DNA of 38,239 bases from Octopus sinensis (Eukaryota): the NCBI RefSeq assembly GCF_006345805.1, contig NW_021835760.1, forward strand, positions 1 through 38,239, written 5' to 3'. Of this stretch, positions 12,352-24,703 are shown piece by piece (the first letter of the stretch is position 1; each line of letters begins with the position of its first letter). A model generated the notes under the pieces. It was not told the origin of the DNA and made no database searches. It saw nothing but the letters and a program-made list of their open reading frames with translations. The position numbers and the translations under genes are program-made.

Positions 12352-13599
12352 TGTGTGTGTGGACTGTATTTCGTCATAACATATAGAGAAATGGATGTCT
12401 TTTAAGATACACACTCATATAGAGAATGTAACGTCGACGTCGTTGTCGTGGTATAAAATGTTTCCGATAGTTGACTTATAGAAAAGATTATTGTAAAATT
12501 TTTGTAATGCAAATATCTAAATGAAAATAAGTTTGCTTTGTAGTCATAAGATTGCTGAATCTTTTGGTACCCCATACACCAAAATCGGCAACTCAGTTTT
12601 CGAATGCATAAGGAAGATGCACACACACATACATAAATTCTCTTTTATATATATGGAAGTGTCCATGTCTGTCGTTCTGTCTGTCTGTCTCTCATTCCCA
12701 AAGTGCCTATCTCTTTCTGTCTCCTCTCCTTCCCTGATATCACCCACCACCATTTTTCACATTTCCTTGAACTTAACAATTTTGCACCCCTCTCATTTTA
12801 TCATGTAGTAGCCCAACCCCCGTAGTTGGTCCATTATCGATTTTTATTAAAATTCAATTATCCCATTATTGAACTGGATCTTAGTTCAACATGTATACAC
12901 AGTTTGGATGGAGGTAGTGAGAGTCAGTGTGTCACACTTTAACCCCCTCTCTCACTATTCCTCTTGATTGGGTGTAAGTAATAGTAGGTATACAGACGGT
13001 CAGGGTGGTAGTAGATTGACAGTTGAGATGGTAATGGGGTGATAGTAATAGTATGAGCTGTAGTTGTGATAGAGGCAGAGACGACGGTGATGGTGGTGGT
13101 GGTGGTGATGGTGGTGGTAGCCGAGGCAGTCAAGGACGAAAGTGATAGTAAGCGATGTGAAAGACAGTGGTAATGGTGGTGGAGAGAAAGGCGGCGAAGT
13201 TAAAGGTATTGATGGTTGTGGCATCAGACGTCTGAATGGTGTGTGTATAGCAGTTGTGTTTGTATTGGTGATGGTGATGGTTGAAAACAATTAACAAAGA
13301 GAGAGAGAGAGATTGAGAAAGAAAGAAAGAAAGAGGTTAGACAGGAAAACGATTGTACTGACTCCCGAATGGGAAGACAAAAAAGGTTGCTTATCATTCA
13401 GCTTTGCAATAAGTTCCAAGTCGACAAATTATATCATTGCTTTGATGAAAATTGTTTATTGCTTGAAAAATATTGGTCAAGTTTAATAAAATTTATTAGG
13501 TACCCAATGCATGAAGTGTCATTATTGGGCCCAAGACCTAGCGAAGAGCCCTCCACAGGAGCCGGCTTAAAAGCCGTTCGATTGGGTGGCTTTTAAGCT

Positions 13600-13665
<66 letters not shown>

Positions 13666-13980
13666 ATATGTGTGTGGTGTGTGTGTGTGTGTGTGTGTGT
13701 GTGTGCATGTGTGTGTGTGTGTGTGTGTCTCTGTGTGTGTCAGTGTTTGTCCACACCACCATCGCTTTACAGCCGTTGTTTGTGCGTTTACGTCCCCGTA
13801 ATTTAATAGTTCGGCAAAAGAGACCGATAGAATAAGTACTAGGCTTACAAAGAATAATTCCTGGTGTCGATTTCTTGTATTAAAAACTCCCTTAAGTCGG
13901 CGCTCCAGCATGGCAGCTGTCAAATGACTGAAACAAGAACAGGCGCAGGCGTGGTTGTGTGGTAAGTAGCTTGCTTACCA
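13600..13980 (+). mobile_element. SINE family A 3' half followed directly by a truncated new head
   Basis: Tail motifs up to gactgaaacaag at ~13935, then aggcgcaggcgtggttgtgtggtaagtagc at 13941-13980. Confidence 0.8.
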
Positions 13981-14654
13981 ATGAGTCTCTGTTGTCAGTG
14001 TGCGCATGTGTCATTGTGTTGTCCACTGAAGAAGATAACCGGCAGTGTTTAGCCTACCAAAGGAAGCTGCTGCAAGGTAAGACCTTTGTCTCTTGGGCCC
14101 AGTGGGGGTCGTTGTCTGTACTTATATTTTTTTACAAATAAGGAGTCCTCACTGGATTCGGGATGTTGGACTGCTTGCGGTTTAGCAATATGGTTCACAT
14201 TAAATAAACATTTTTTCTCATAGTGAGCAGTACAGTTTGGTGGGCGTATCCTTCAACCAACTGGTACTTAAATGTATCAACCTCGAAAGGATGAAATGCA
14301 AAGTCGACCTCAGCAGAATGCTATTTTCAGAATATTGAGAAAACTGTATTTATAAAACCTTCAAGCAATTGTCGTACTTTCATATTCGTCCAAAACATTA
14401 TCTTTGATTGCTACAGTAATTCAAATCTACCGCTAACAAGCGGTATAAAGAATAGGTGCTATGGTTAAGTTCAGGAAAGATTGTGTTTGCAACATCGATC
14501 ATGTAGAACTCTAGAAATTTGTGGTTGCCGGTTGTTGTCTGGTCAGGTCGAATTTTGACCAAAATACTTTCTAGTCATGATTATCTCCGTTTTTGTTGTC
14601 TTTCATATAATATTTAGAATAACATTGATGAATGGATCATTTTAAAAACTAATA

Positions 14655-14795
14655 GGCGCAGGAGTGGCTGTGTGGTAAGTAGCTTCCGGGTTCAGTCCCA
14701 CTGCGTGGCATCTTGGGCAAGTGTCTTCTGCTATAGCCCCGGGCCGACCAATGCTTTGTGAGTGGATTTGGTAGACGGAAACTGAAAGAAGCCCA
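14655..14795 (+). mobile_element. SINE family A head fragment
   Basis: ggcgcaggagtggctgtgtgg...gaaagaagccc with a small internal deletion. Confidence 0.85.
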
Positions 14796-14944
14796 AAGAA
14801 GACTAAAGGCGGGTCTTACGAATAGCAAAGGACCACATTTCGGACTTCTACCACTACAAGGACGAAGACCGCTTCGCTCAACACACAAACAAACAAGCAA
14901 CATCAACAAAATGTAAGTTCACATTGGATAATATATTCCTAGAT

Positions 14945-15345
14945 ATATTATACTCTTTACTCTTTACTCTTTTACTCGTTTCAGTCATTTGACTGCGGCC
15001 ATGCTGGAGCACCGCCTTTAGTCGAGCAAATCGACCCCGGGACTTATTCTTTGTAATCCCAGTACTTATTCTATCGGTCTCTTTTTGCCGAACCGCTAAG
15101 TGACGGGGACGTAAACACACCAGCATTGGTTGTCAAGCACACACGCACACATACATATATATATATATATATACATATATACGACAGGCTTCTTTCAGTT
15201 TCCGTCTACCAAATCCACTCACAAGGCTTTGGTCGGCCCGAGGCTATAGTAGATGACACTTGCCCAAGTTGCCATGCAGTGGGACTGAACCCGGAACCAT
15301 GTGGTTGGTAAACAAGCTACTTACCACACAGCCACTCCTGCGCCT
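14945..15345 (-). mobile_element. SINE family A full copy
   Basis: Reverse complement of the family A head and tail. Confidence 0.9.
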
Positions 15346-15917
15346 AAAAGAAGCGTTGATACTGGCATATTCGGGTCTTTTATTGGCCACAAGTAACTGT
15401 CCCTTATGAGGGTTTTCCTTTCATTTCCGTTTTGTTTTCTGCCATTTTCTTTCTTTTTTTCTGTTAAATTCTTCGCCAGGATTTCGGATGAGAAAGACAG
15501 ACATCTGGGGGAAAATGCTTAGCAGCATTTCGTCCGTCTTCATGCTTTGAGTTCAAATGCCGCCGAGGTCGACCTTGTCTTTCGGGTTCGATAAAATAAG
15601 TACCAGTTGAACAATGGTGCCGATGTAATCGACTTAACTCCTCCTAGCAACTCATGAGCACATGTCACAGTTTCTAATCGAATTTCTGATGAGAGTTACT
15701 TCCCTGGAATTAAAACACGAGTAGTCTCCCTTGTAATAACTGTTTTGTACTTTAAACTCTCTTACAAATTGTGTGCGCGTGGCTTAGGCTGTCAGCATCA
15801 TGATCGTAAGATTGTGGTTTCGATTCCTGGACCGGGCGACGCGTTGTGTTCTTGAGCAAAACACTTCATTTCACGTTGCTCCAGTCCACTCAGCTGGCAA
15901 AAATGTGTAACATTTAT

Positions 15918-16140
15918 AAGGCGGCGAGCTGGCAGAAACGTTAGCACGCCGGGCGAAATGCTTAGCGGTATTTCGTCTGCGTTACGTTGTGAGTTCAAAT
16001 TCCGCCGAGGTCGACTTCGCCTTTCATCCTTTCGGGGTCGATTAAATAAGTACCATTTATGCATTGGGGTCGATGTAATCGACTTAATGCCATTCTTTGT
16101 CCCCTCTGTGTTTAGCCCCTTGTGGGTAATAAAGAAATAG
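15918..16140 (+). mobile_element. SINE family B monomer
   Basis: aaggcggcgagctggcagaaacg ... gtgggtaataaagaaatag. Further fragments at ~14245-14330, 15500-15635, 16200-16295, 35818-36005 and 36905-36990. Confidence 0.9.
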
Positions 16141-16295
16141 CTATTATTACGGTTGTTAAAGTTCATGGATTTAACTATCTTCATAATTTTTTTTTCTTTT
16201 TTCTACTCTAGGCCACAAGTTCCGAAATTTTTAGGGAGTGGGGTCTATCGATTAGATCGACCCCAGTACGCAAAGTCAACCTCGGCAGAATTGAC

Positions 16296-16735
16296 AATCT
16301 TACTCTTGACTCTTTTACTCTTTTACTTGTTTCAGTCAGTTGACTGCGGCCATGCTGGAGCACCGCCTTTTTTTTTAATCGAGCAACTCGACCCCCGGGA
16401 CTTATTCTTTGTAAGCCCAGTACTTATTATATCGGTCTCTTTTTGCCGAACCGCTAAGTGACGGGGACATAAACACACCAGCATCGGTTGTCAAGCAATG
16501 CTAGGGGGGAAAACACACACACACAAACACACACGCACACACACACATATATATATATATATACATATATACGACGGGCTTCTTTCAGTTTCCGCCTACC
16601 AAATCCACTCACAAGGCTTTGGTCGGCCCGAGGCTATAGCAGAAGACACTTTCCCAAGGTGCCACGCAGTGGGACTGAACCCGGAACCATGTGGTTGGTA
16701 AACAAGCTACTTACCACACAGCCACTCCTGCACCT
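16296..16735 (-). mobile_element. SINE family A full copy
   Basis: Reverse complement of the family A head and tail. Confidence 0.9.
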
Positions 16736-16879
16736 ATAATCTTCATGATGTTCTCTTCGAATCTTCCCATATCTGTAAGATTCGGAGGATTTCTGGTGCT
16801 TGTCAGTCTATTTGTATGGGGTCTGTTAGACAGAGCATCATTGAAGGGGAAAAAAAACCCTCCATCCTCTTCATTTTTT

Positions 16880-17575
16880 ATCTTTTATTTGTTTCAGGCA
16901 TTTGACTACGGCCATGCTGGGGCACCGCCTTGACGGTGTTTTGCTAAAGATTGATACTTATTCTATAGACCTCCTTGGCCGATCCGCTAAGTCACGGGCA
17001 CGTTAACGCACCAGCACCGGTTATGAGGGAGAATTGCGTCCCCAAAGTCCATCCCCTCCTCACCGTGGTGGGGACGCTGGCAACGGGTAGTGTCAGAGCT
17101 ATGCCGTCGGGAACTTCGGTTCCTGGTAGGGCAACCCAAAGGCGGATTGGTCTGACACCGAGTGGTATTAGGGCCACAACCCGGCAGACGGGGCTCTGGT
17201 GAAAATCCTCGGAGTGTCTGTTTCGGCAACCGGCGGCCCCTCGGTCGTTCTGTCCCTGCATCTGCGGACAATCTGCAGCAAACAGGATGTCTCCACATGC
17301 GGGATTGTTGGGGACCGCTTGTGAAATCCACATATTCCCACGAAACTTCTTCCACTGCCCTGGTTCGAGATGCCTCGAGGGTGGTGGAAGAAGCCGACTC
17401 AACCCGCCCAGAGTGAATGTCGCCACAACTAAAAGTAGTAAGTGAGGGAGAAGTACGCCCCACTACATATACGACGGGTTTCTTTCAGTTTCCGTCTACC
17501 AAATCCACTTACAAGGAATGAAACCGGAACAACGTGATTGGGAAGCAAGCTTCTTACCACACAGCCACACTCGCC
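16880..17575 (-). mobile_element. Older SINE family A copy split by the RTE-derived insertion
   Basis: Tail at 16880-17025 and head at 17465-17575 flank the 409-bp insert. Confidence 0.75.
17034..17442 (+). mobile_element. 409-bp GC-rich non-autonomous RTE derivative inserted into a SINE, with a 10-bp TSD
   Basis: TGAGGGAGAA is repeated at 17024-17033 and 17443-17452. The 3' end encodes LVRDASRVVEEADSTRPE*, followed by an agtagtaag tail. The 5' part has the RTE 5'-UTR-like motif cctggtagggcaaccca. Confidence 0.7.
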
Positions 17576-17987
17576 CAATTTGAGTGCTCGTTAGACGACG
17601 CTTGGGTAGAGCAGCGCTTCTCGAACTGTTTTCAATACTACCTTTTTTTCCTTTTACTAACACTTATACAACTCCCCATTGCTGCAACTCAATGTGTCCC
17701 CAACTCACCTTAACCCCTCACCCAACAATTATTTTGAAAATAAATGTATTTTTTCAGACATATTGGGAAGCAAGCTTCTTACCACGCAGCCACACTCGCC
17801 CAATTTGAGTGCTCGTTAGACGACGCTTGGTGTAGAGCAGCACTTCTCAAACTGTTTTCAATACTACCTTTTTTTCCTTTTACTAACACTTATACAACTC
17901 CCCATTGCTGCAACTCAATGTGTCCCCAACTCACCTTAACCCCTTACCCAACAATTATTTTGAAAATAAATGTATTTTTTCAGACAT
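17537..17987. repeat. Recent 225/226-bp tandem duplication
   Basis: Units 17537-17761 and 17762-17987 differ by 4 substitutions and 1 indel, with ATT microhomology at the junction. Confidence 0.95.
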
Positions 17988-18247
17988 ATTTTTTAATTGT
18001 TTTATTTTACTATGTTTTGAATGGTGATTTCGAGGTATATTTCAAACCTTATTTATTATGAATTTTAATTCAATAATATTGATTTTAAATTACCGCTTTG
18101 GGCAGAAACGAGTTAACCCGTTTTTAGACGAAGGAACTCGTTTGCTGTCGATTTTGGCGAGCCTATCTTTTGACGAGTTAACTCGCCAGAGATGGAAAAA
18201 AACGATTTCGGTCAAAACGCATATATTCGTTTCTGCCGGGTAAGGGG
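17940..18247. mobile_element. piggyBac-type MITE
   Basis: TTAA|CCCCTTACCC ... GGGTAAGGGG|TTAA: a perfect 10-bp TIR with TTAA target duplication. Confidence 0.85.
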
Positions 18248-18644
18248 TTAATGTATATACACATAATATCAGATCAGAATAACTTAGATCCGTGTACTAG
18301 TTTAACGCATACGACTACTTACCACAGCACCACCCGCCTATAATCGAATACTGTACGAATAGCTGGTATTTATTTAGTTGTCATTTATTTCCTCATTCAT
18401 TTTACGAAGTTTGTTGTTATTGTTGATGTTGTTACTGTTGCTGTGATTGCTTTTAAAAAGCAGTTTATTACATTTTATTTTATTTTTTAAGGAAATATTT
18501 AAATAGACAAAGATGAAATGAAACTGTCCAAATACATTTATCGCCCTTTGTACACAGTACTTGTAACAAAATTTCCCCGCCTTCTAGGGGGCGACACCAT
18601 ATTTGAGAAGCTCTGGTGTGGAGCTTTCTGTCTGTGATGTGAGG

Positions 18645-19062
18645 AAGGCACGAGCTGGCAGAAACGATAGCGCGCCGGGCGAAATGCTTAGCGGTATTTC
18701 GTCTGCCGTTACGTTCCGAGTTCAAATTCCGCCGAGGTCGACTTTGCTTTTCATCCATTCTGGGTCGATAAATTAAGTACCAGTTACGCACTGGGGTCGA
18801 TGTAATCGACTTAATACCTATGTCTGTCCTTGTTTGTCCCCTCTATGTTTATCCCCTTGTGGGTAATAAAGAAATAGGTATTTCGTCTGCCGTTACGTTC
18901 CGAGTTCAAATTCCGCCGAGGTCAACTTTGCCTTTCATCTTTTCGGGGTCGATAAATTAAGTACCAGTTACGCACTGGGGTCGATGTAATCGACTTAATA
19001 CCTATGTCTGTCCTTGTTTGTCCCCTCTATGTTTAGCCCCTTGTGGATAATAAAGAAATAGG
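18645..19062 (+). mobile_element. tRNA-derived SINE family B, dimeric copy
   Basis: Head gagcTGGCAGAAACG...GAGTTCAAATTCC. A second unit restarts at tatttcgtctgccg at 18879. Confidence 0.9.
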
Positions 19063-19427
19063 CAATACAGAAGAATGGCAAATGACCACAAATGGGGAGA
19101 AGAAAAAGGCGAAAGATAAGACACGCAATCAATCAAAGCAAATGGCCCCACAATGTTGACAACAATAAACACAAACGCTTCAGACCTAATGCAATACATT
19201 AGGTCAAAGAGCAACATAAGAGAAGACAATGTCAAAACAATCACCCACGCACAATACCATCACAACACATAAAAACTATACGCGTGACACAAATCACACA
19301 CAACACACTGAAATCTCTCTACCCGGATGCAGTAGGGAGATTTCAAAAGTACTTACCAAAAACAATTCTACAAAAACCTTCTGAGAGAAGATTGTGAGGT
19401 GAAGAATAACCAACTTTCGAGCAGTGA

Positions 19428-19489
<62 letters not shown>

Positions 19490-19535
19490 CATTTCCTTTT
19501 CTTTTCGTGTGTAAAGCGCAACTTTCGATAAGAAC

Positions 19536-20045
19536 ATGCTTAGAACAGGTTGTATAAATATGCATGGCTTAGGGTCGCCTAGGAAACATAGCTACCTGTT
19601 AAATGACATCAAGTCACAGAATATGCATATCATAGCCATCAGTGAGACCAGACTCCACAACACGCGGTGCCTCCAGCACATATTCGGCGGACAATTCGAC
19701 ATTTATTTTTCTCCATCTCTGCCAAAAATGGGCGGGGGTGGTACCGAGGTGCTTTTTCGGAAGAGTTTGGACCTCGAATGAAGAGCAATATTCCTAGACC
19801 CAGAGGGTAGGCTGGTCGTCTTGCCGTCTTGGATGTCGATGGCAGTAATGGGTGTGTTTTTCGATTGATAACAGTTTATCCTTAGCAGATCGGTCGGATA
19901 TCTTTCGACGTCTAGAAGTTTTCCTGGGATCTTCTTGACATTTACCTTTAGTGGGGGACTTGAACGCTACCTTGGAAACGCGCCCGGACTACGTGGCTAG
20001 AAGTAGGAATAGGAGGGGATGTAAATGTGTCAAAGACCTGCTCAT
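19536..20045 (+). mobile_element. L1/Tx1-type LINE apurinic endonuclease relic (start of ORF2)
   Basis: GCINMHGL...IIAISETR...GGGGTEVLFRK...DPEGRLVVL (8-bp duplication frameshift) DV...FRLITVY...FRRLEVFLG...LVGDLNATL. Preceded by a (TC)n spacer. Confidence 0.8.
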
Positions 20046-20074
20046 TTACATATATATATATATTTACACATACA

Positions 20075-20109
<35 letters not shown>

Positions 20110-20127
<18 letters not shown>

Positions 20128-20430
20128 TCAAGAGAAATTTTTAAAAGGATGTTGCAACAGAGAAGGTGAGTCTCGTTGACTTTTTTTCTGTACACAGTTT
20201 GTTACAGATCATGCCTTTTTCGCTAGGCTCATATTCCATTCGTGGACCCATGAGAAACGATCCTGCACTAACTACTCTGTCTATATGTCTGTGTATACCT
20301 TTCACTGCCATGTATACCATAAAGTCTGCAAATCTAACGGAGGGCTCGAAAGACATTTTAAGATACACAAAGATCAGAATTTAACTGCAGGCCTTGGTGA
20401 TCCAAATCAGATATGCAATCTATGTGGGTG
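20110..20430 (+). mobile_element. Decayed C2H2 zinc-finger segment, probably the 3' end of an RTE-type LINE
   Basis: C-HV-Y(C)-HKVCKSNGGLER-H-FKI-H has C-x2-C-x12-H-x3-H spacing with one C to Y change, followed by ICNLCG. No splice sites were evident. Confidence 0.45.
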
Positions 20431-20554
20431 CGAAGGAATTGTGTTTTTGAGAATGTGGATCTCGAATCACATAGAGCTATGAATATTTAAATATTGGATT
20501 GTAAACTTTCTACGAGATCCACTGTTCCAGAAAAGGATTATTTCATATACATAT

Positions 20555-20935
20555 TCTTTTATTCTTTTCATTGTTTCAGTCAATTGATTGCGACCATGCT
20601 GGAGCACCGCCTTTAGACGAACAGGATTTATTCTTTGTAAGCCCAGTACTTATTTTATCAGTCACTTTCGTAAACACACCTCATCGGTTGACATGCGATA
20701 GTGGGGGAAGAAACACAGACACACAAACATACACACACACATTCGCGCGCATACACACATAGACACACACGAACATATTTAAAATATGTATATACGACGA
20801 GCCTCTTTCAGTTTCCATCTACCAAATCCACACTCAAGGCTTTAGTCGTCCCGAGGCCATTGTAGAAGACACTTGCCGAAGTTGTCACGCAGTGGGACTG
20901 AACTCGGGACCGTGTGGTTAGGAAGCAAGCTATAC
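20555..20935 (-). mobile_element. SINE family A copy (diverged)
   Basis: Tail ccatgctggagcaccgccttt and head gtgggactgaactcgg. Confidence 0.8.
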
Positions 20936-22477
20936 CTGTGTCACATTAACCCGTTGAATACCTCAGCTAGACTGTGGCTTGCATTACCGTTATGCTCATT
21001 CACCAGAAAAGGATATTGAGGTCAGGAAAATTATCAAATAATAATGACGTTAGTAGAAAGACAAAGAAAGAAATAAAAGTGAAATTGTGTTATCGACTGC
21101 ATCAGGTATTAAAACTTTTATAGAGCATGTAAAGAAAGATTTTATTTGATGCTCAAATCTAAATATCTAAATATCCATATTAATGGATTTATGTTCACGA
21201 ACACACACACACACACACACACACACGAACACTTCCACCAAATCACACCACACCAAATCAATTAATAAATAAAATAAAACATATGCATATATACATACAC
21301 ATATGTACGTACCTACTTCAACATGTATATATATGGAAATAAATTCGACCGTATATAAATTTACTTTCAGAGCAATGTTCTAGTAAATCTCAAACCTCTT
21401 TCTATTGTAAATATAAATTATTTTGCATCTGTCTGACCTCATTTAAGGCTGCATGTTGTGACTCTGACGGGTCTTCTGCTGCGAGATCAGTAGATTGGTT
21501 GAATTGATATGCAGTGGTCTTATGTTTACCGAAGAATTTCTTTTAGAATTTTTTCGCTCTCATTATTTTAAATCGTCAACAAATAACTTAAAGGACTATG
21601 GTAACTGTATGAAGGGGAGTTGGCATTATTAATCAAAGTTTGTCATCAAAATATGACAGCAGAGAAAGAGTAATATCTTGACCCCAAAACCATTCTACGT
21701 CTTTAGAAATGTTCTTCTGTTTTAGCTGAGTCTCTCAGATTTCTTCTTGCTGACATAATAAATTGCATCTATGAATGCAAGTATAAAGTTACAAAACATT
21801 TTCAAAAAATATCAAGGAATGACTTGGGATAAAAGAACAGTTGAAATGGGTACTGCTGAAAATTATTTGCATCTGCACTTTGTGGAGGGTGAACATTGGG
21901 ACGAAATTCTAATGTATAAGTAGATGATATCCCCACTTTTTAAAAAAACTGTTACTACTGAAACGATACTTGGCATTGTATAATAAATTGATCCCCATAA
22001 TTGAAAAAGAAATCTACATCAAATTTCTGATTCCACATAAATTCAGAAGGGACGGTCATAGGCTTCGAGTTTGGACCTAGGAAACTGAAGATATAAAGTT
22101 ATTTCGGAAAAGGATTTCAGTTGGACAGCTGGGTTGAGATTGTATTTCTATCTTCGGAACTGCTGACCGGTCAGCATTGCTTAAGGATCTCCATAGCACC
22201 ACTTTTGTGAAGTTCATTGAACTGAATTTTATATGCTTTATTTCCCAATATATTAATATTTAATAATAAATAAAAACAAACTGAATAATTTTTTTGGAAA
22301 ATGCTTTTATTCTTATATTTCATTATCAAGTTGAAAAATATGAGAAATTATTGAATTATGTAATATATTATTCAAATTGTTTTGGTGATGATATCACTGA
22401 CTGAAAGAAAAGAAAATATAATTTCTGAAATTCAAAGATAAAAGAAAAAAAGCAAGAATAATTTGCTAAATATATAG

Positions 22478-22870
22478 GTACAGGTGTGTTTGCGTGGTAA
22501 GAAGCTTGCTACCCAAAATCTTGGTTCTGGGTTCAGTCCTGCTCTGTGGCAACTTTGACAAGTGTCTTTTAGTATAGCCTTGGGCTGACCAAAGCCTTGT
22601 GAGTGGATTTGGTAGACAGACACTGAAAGAAGCCCATTGTGTGTGTTTATATATATGTGTGTGTGCACGTGTGTGTTTGTGTCTATCTGTCTGTGTTTGT
22701 TCCACACCAGTTTTAATTTGGTTACGTCTCTACAACTTAGCATTTAAGCAGAATAGAATAATGGAATATATATTACGACTAAGAAAAAAGTTCGGGGGAC
22801 ACTTTCTTCACATGCAATCCTTCACAGTAGTGCACCAGCCTGGCCGCAGTCTAACGACTGAAACAAGCAG
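22478..22870 (+). mobile_element. SINE family A copy (diverged)
   Basis: Head gtggtaagaagcttgc...gggttcagtcc and tail ccagcctggccgcagtc...gactgaaacaag. Confidence 0.8.
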
Positions 22871-22944
22871 AAGAGAAAAGATTGACATTTTATATGCGTT
22901 TATATTTGATAGATTGTGCGTAAGGTTGTTCAATATCAGGTTCA

Positions 22945-23209
22945 TCAAGAGGCTGAGGAGGTGTCTTTTTCCATCCATTGCATGACATAAGAAACACTAC
23001 TATCTTCTCCAGATGCTGTGATTAATGGTTTTGAATCTATGTGTTCATAACAATCTTCGTAGTTTTGCTTTTGGAAGCAGAATTCTTGTCCAGGTTTGTG
23101 GATATAACTTGAATTGGTGTCTTGCATGGAGCAACACTTATTATCTTCAGCAGGGACATTGCATACTGATATAGAACTTTTACTTGCGTTTCGACTGAGG
23201 ATCAGGTAT
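22945..23209 (-). other. Candidate exon-like segment, unassigned (possible terminal exon or decayed coding sequence)
   Basis: Good acceptor tattatcttttgtag| at 23209. The phase-2 frame is open for ~87 codons (YLILSRNASK...NYEDCYEHIDSKP...EKDTSSAS*). In phase 1, which matches exon 6, it reads D-T-stop. No family recognised. Confidence 0.3.
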
Positions 23210-23264
23210 CTACAAAAGATAATACATGAGTCTGTATGCATGTAGGATTCGATATCATTTGAAT

Positions 23265-23745
23265 ACAAACCCTCGAAACCTTACACAACTTAACCCGCAA
23301 GCTAAAGAAATTTGGAAAAATGAAAAATATAATTTAGAAGATTAAACTGAACATTACAAACCTAAAATGCCTAGAATTAATCTTAAGATCCATTAACTCG
23401 ACTTTTACACTAACCCTTCTCTTAAACTCATTTGCCCCTCTAAATCGGACCTTTGTAGGATAAGTGAGCGTATCACAGATAAGTACATACCCACACTTAG
23501 GAAGGTCATTCAGCTTAAATTATGGTCTAGTTCATATGAGGTAATCGACTGGTTCACTAAACTATCAGATAAAAAGAAAGTAAGGTTCAAGCAAATAGAC
23601 ATAACTCACTATTATATCTCAATAAACCCTACCCTTTTAAATAAGGCACTTATGTTTACTAAGAAAACCCCAGGACTAACAAGAGCAGAGGTAGACATTA
23701 TTCTAGTGGTGAGGAAATCAGTTATCAAATTCAAGGGGAAGTACT
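23265..23745 (+). mobile_element. Penelope-like element RT N-terminal relic
   Basis: In-frame translation NLED*TEHYKPKMPRINLKIH*LDFYTNPSLKLICPSKSDLCRISERITDKYIPTLRK...LWSSSYEVIDWF...FKQIDITHYYISINPTLLNKAL...IILVVRKSVIKFKGKYW matches the PLE RT pattern (RLINPxKS...W...VIxWF...FDIxxFYPSI). Contains stops. Confidence 0.8.
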
Positions 23746-24484
23746 GGGCACCTTCACTCTCCCTACTGCATGAAGATAGAATTCACTCTCATGAAGTTGT
23801 TACTGTTCTTTTTTATATGGATTATCATTGATACAAATGATTTCTCTTTCCATCGTGATTGTAAATTGAACTCTTTACTTCCTGTGCTATAACACAGTGC
23901 AATAAGGAAATGCATGAACCTTGTTTATATTCATTTTCAGGGAAATGAAGAAGTCTTTAATGTAAACTAACTCTAATCCCGTCTTCAATCATTCATTTCT
24001 GTTCAGTCACAGATTCACAACAGCACTGGCCCCTCCCCCCTATTATAAAACCATGTTTGAGAGGCATCAGCTGGTTTCCATAACTAACAAACCGTCACAG
24101 AATGGGATTCAGATTTTCAATTCTTGAAATTAAGTGGGTACCCTTCCAATCACACCCAGAGAATAATTACAAAGTTTCTATCAAATTAACTCCCAGGGCA
24201 CTGGTTGGCCCAGGGCTAAATTATGAGACATGCCAAAGGTATCATGAAGTGGGACTGAACTCAAAATATTGTGGTTGTAAAAGGTTTAGAAAAAAAAACT
24301 ATGTGATAAGATATGAAGAAAAATTGTAATTACCTATTTTCAGGACGAGAATTGTTTCATTAGAATTAATTATCTATATAAAATAAAGGAAAGGTTTCAT
24401 TAAAAGTCAATAAAGATCTCCTTAATACGCACGAACATAATTATTGATTTGAGTACGCTATATATACATACATACATATGTATG

Positions 24485-24544
<60 letters not shown>

Positions 24545-24578
24545 TATATATATGTATGTATATATATATATATATGTG

Positions 24579-24654
<76 letters not shown>

Positions 24655-24655
24655 G

Positions 24656-24703
<48 letters not shown>

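Noticed and set aside
14796-14925. Exon-like plus-strand segment ending aaaat|gtaagt
   Set aside because: No acceptor or promoter evidence and no partner exons. It is flanked by SINEs.
16975-17463. Overlapping 144-158 aa ORFs in a GC-rich island, suggesting a horizontally acquired gene
   Set aside because: Explained by an RTE-derived insertion with a TSD. High GC content keeps several frames open.
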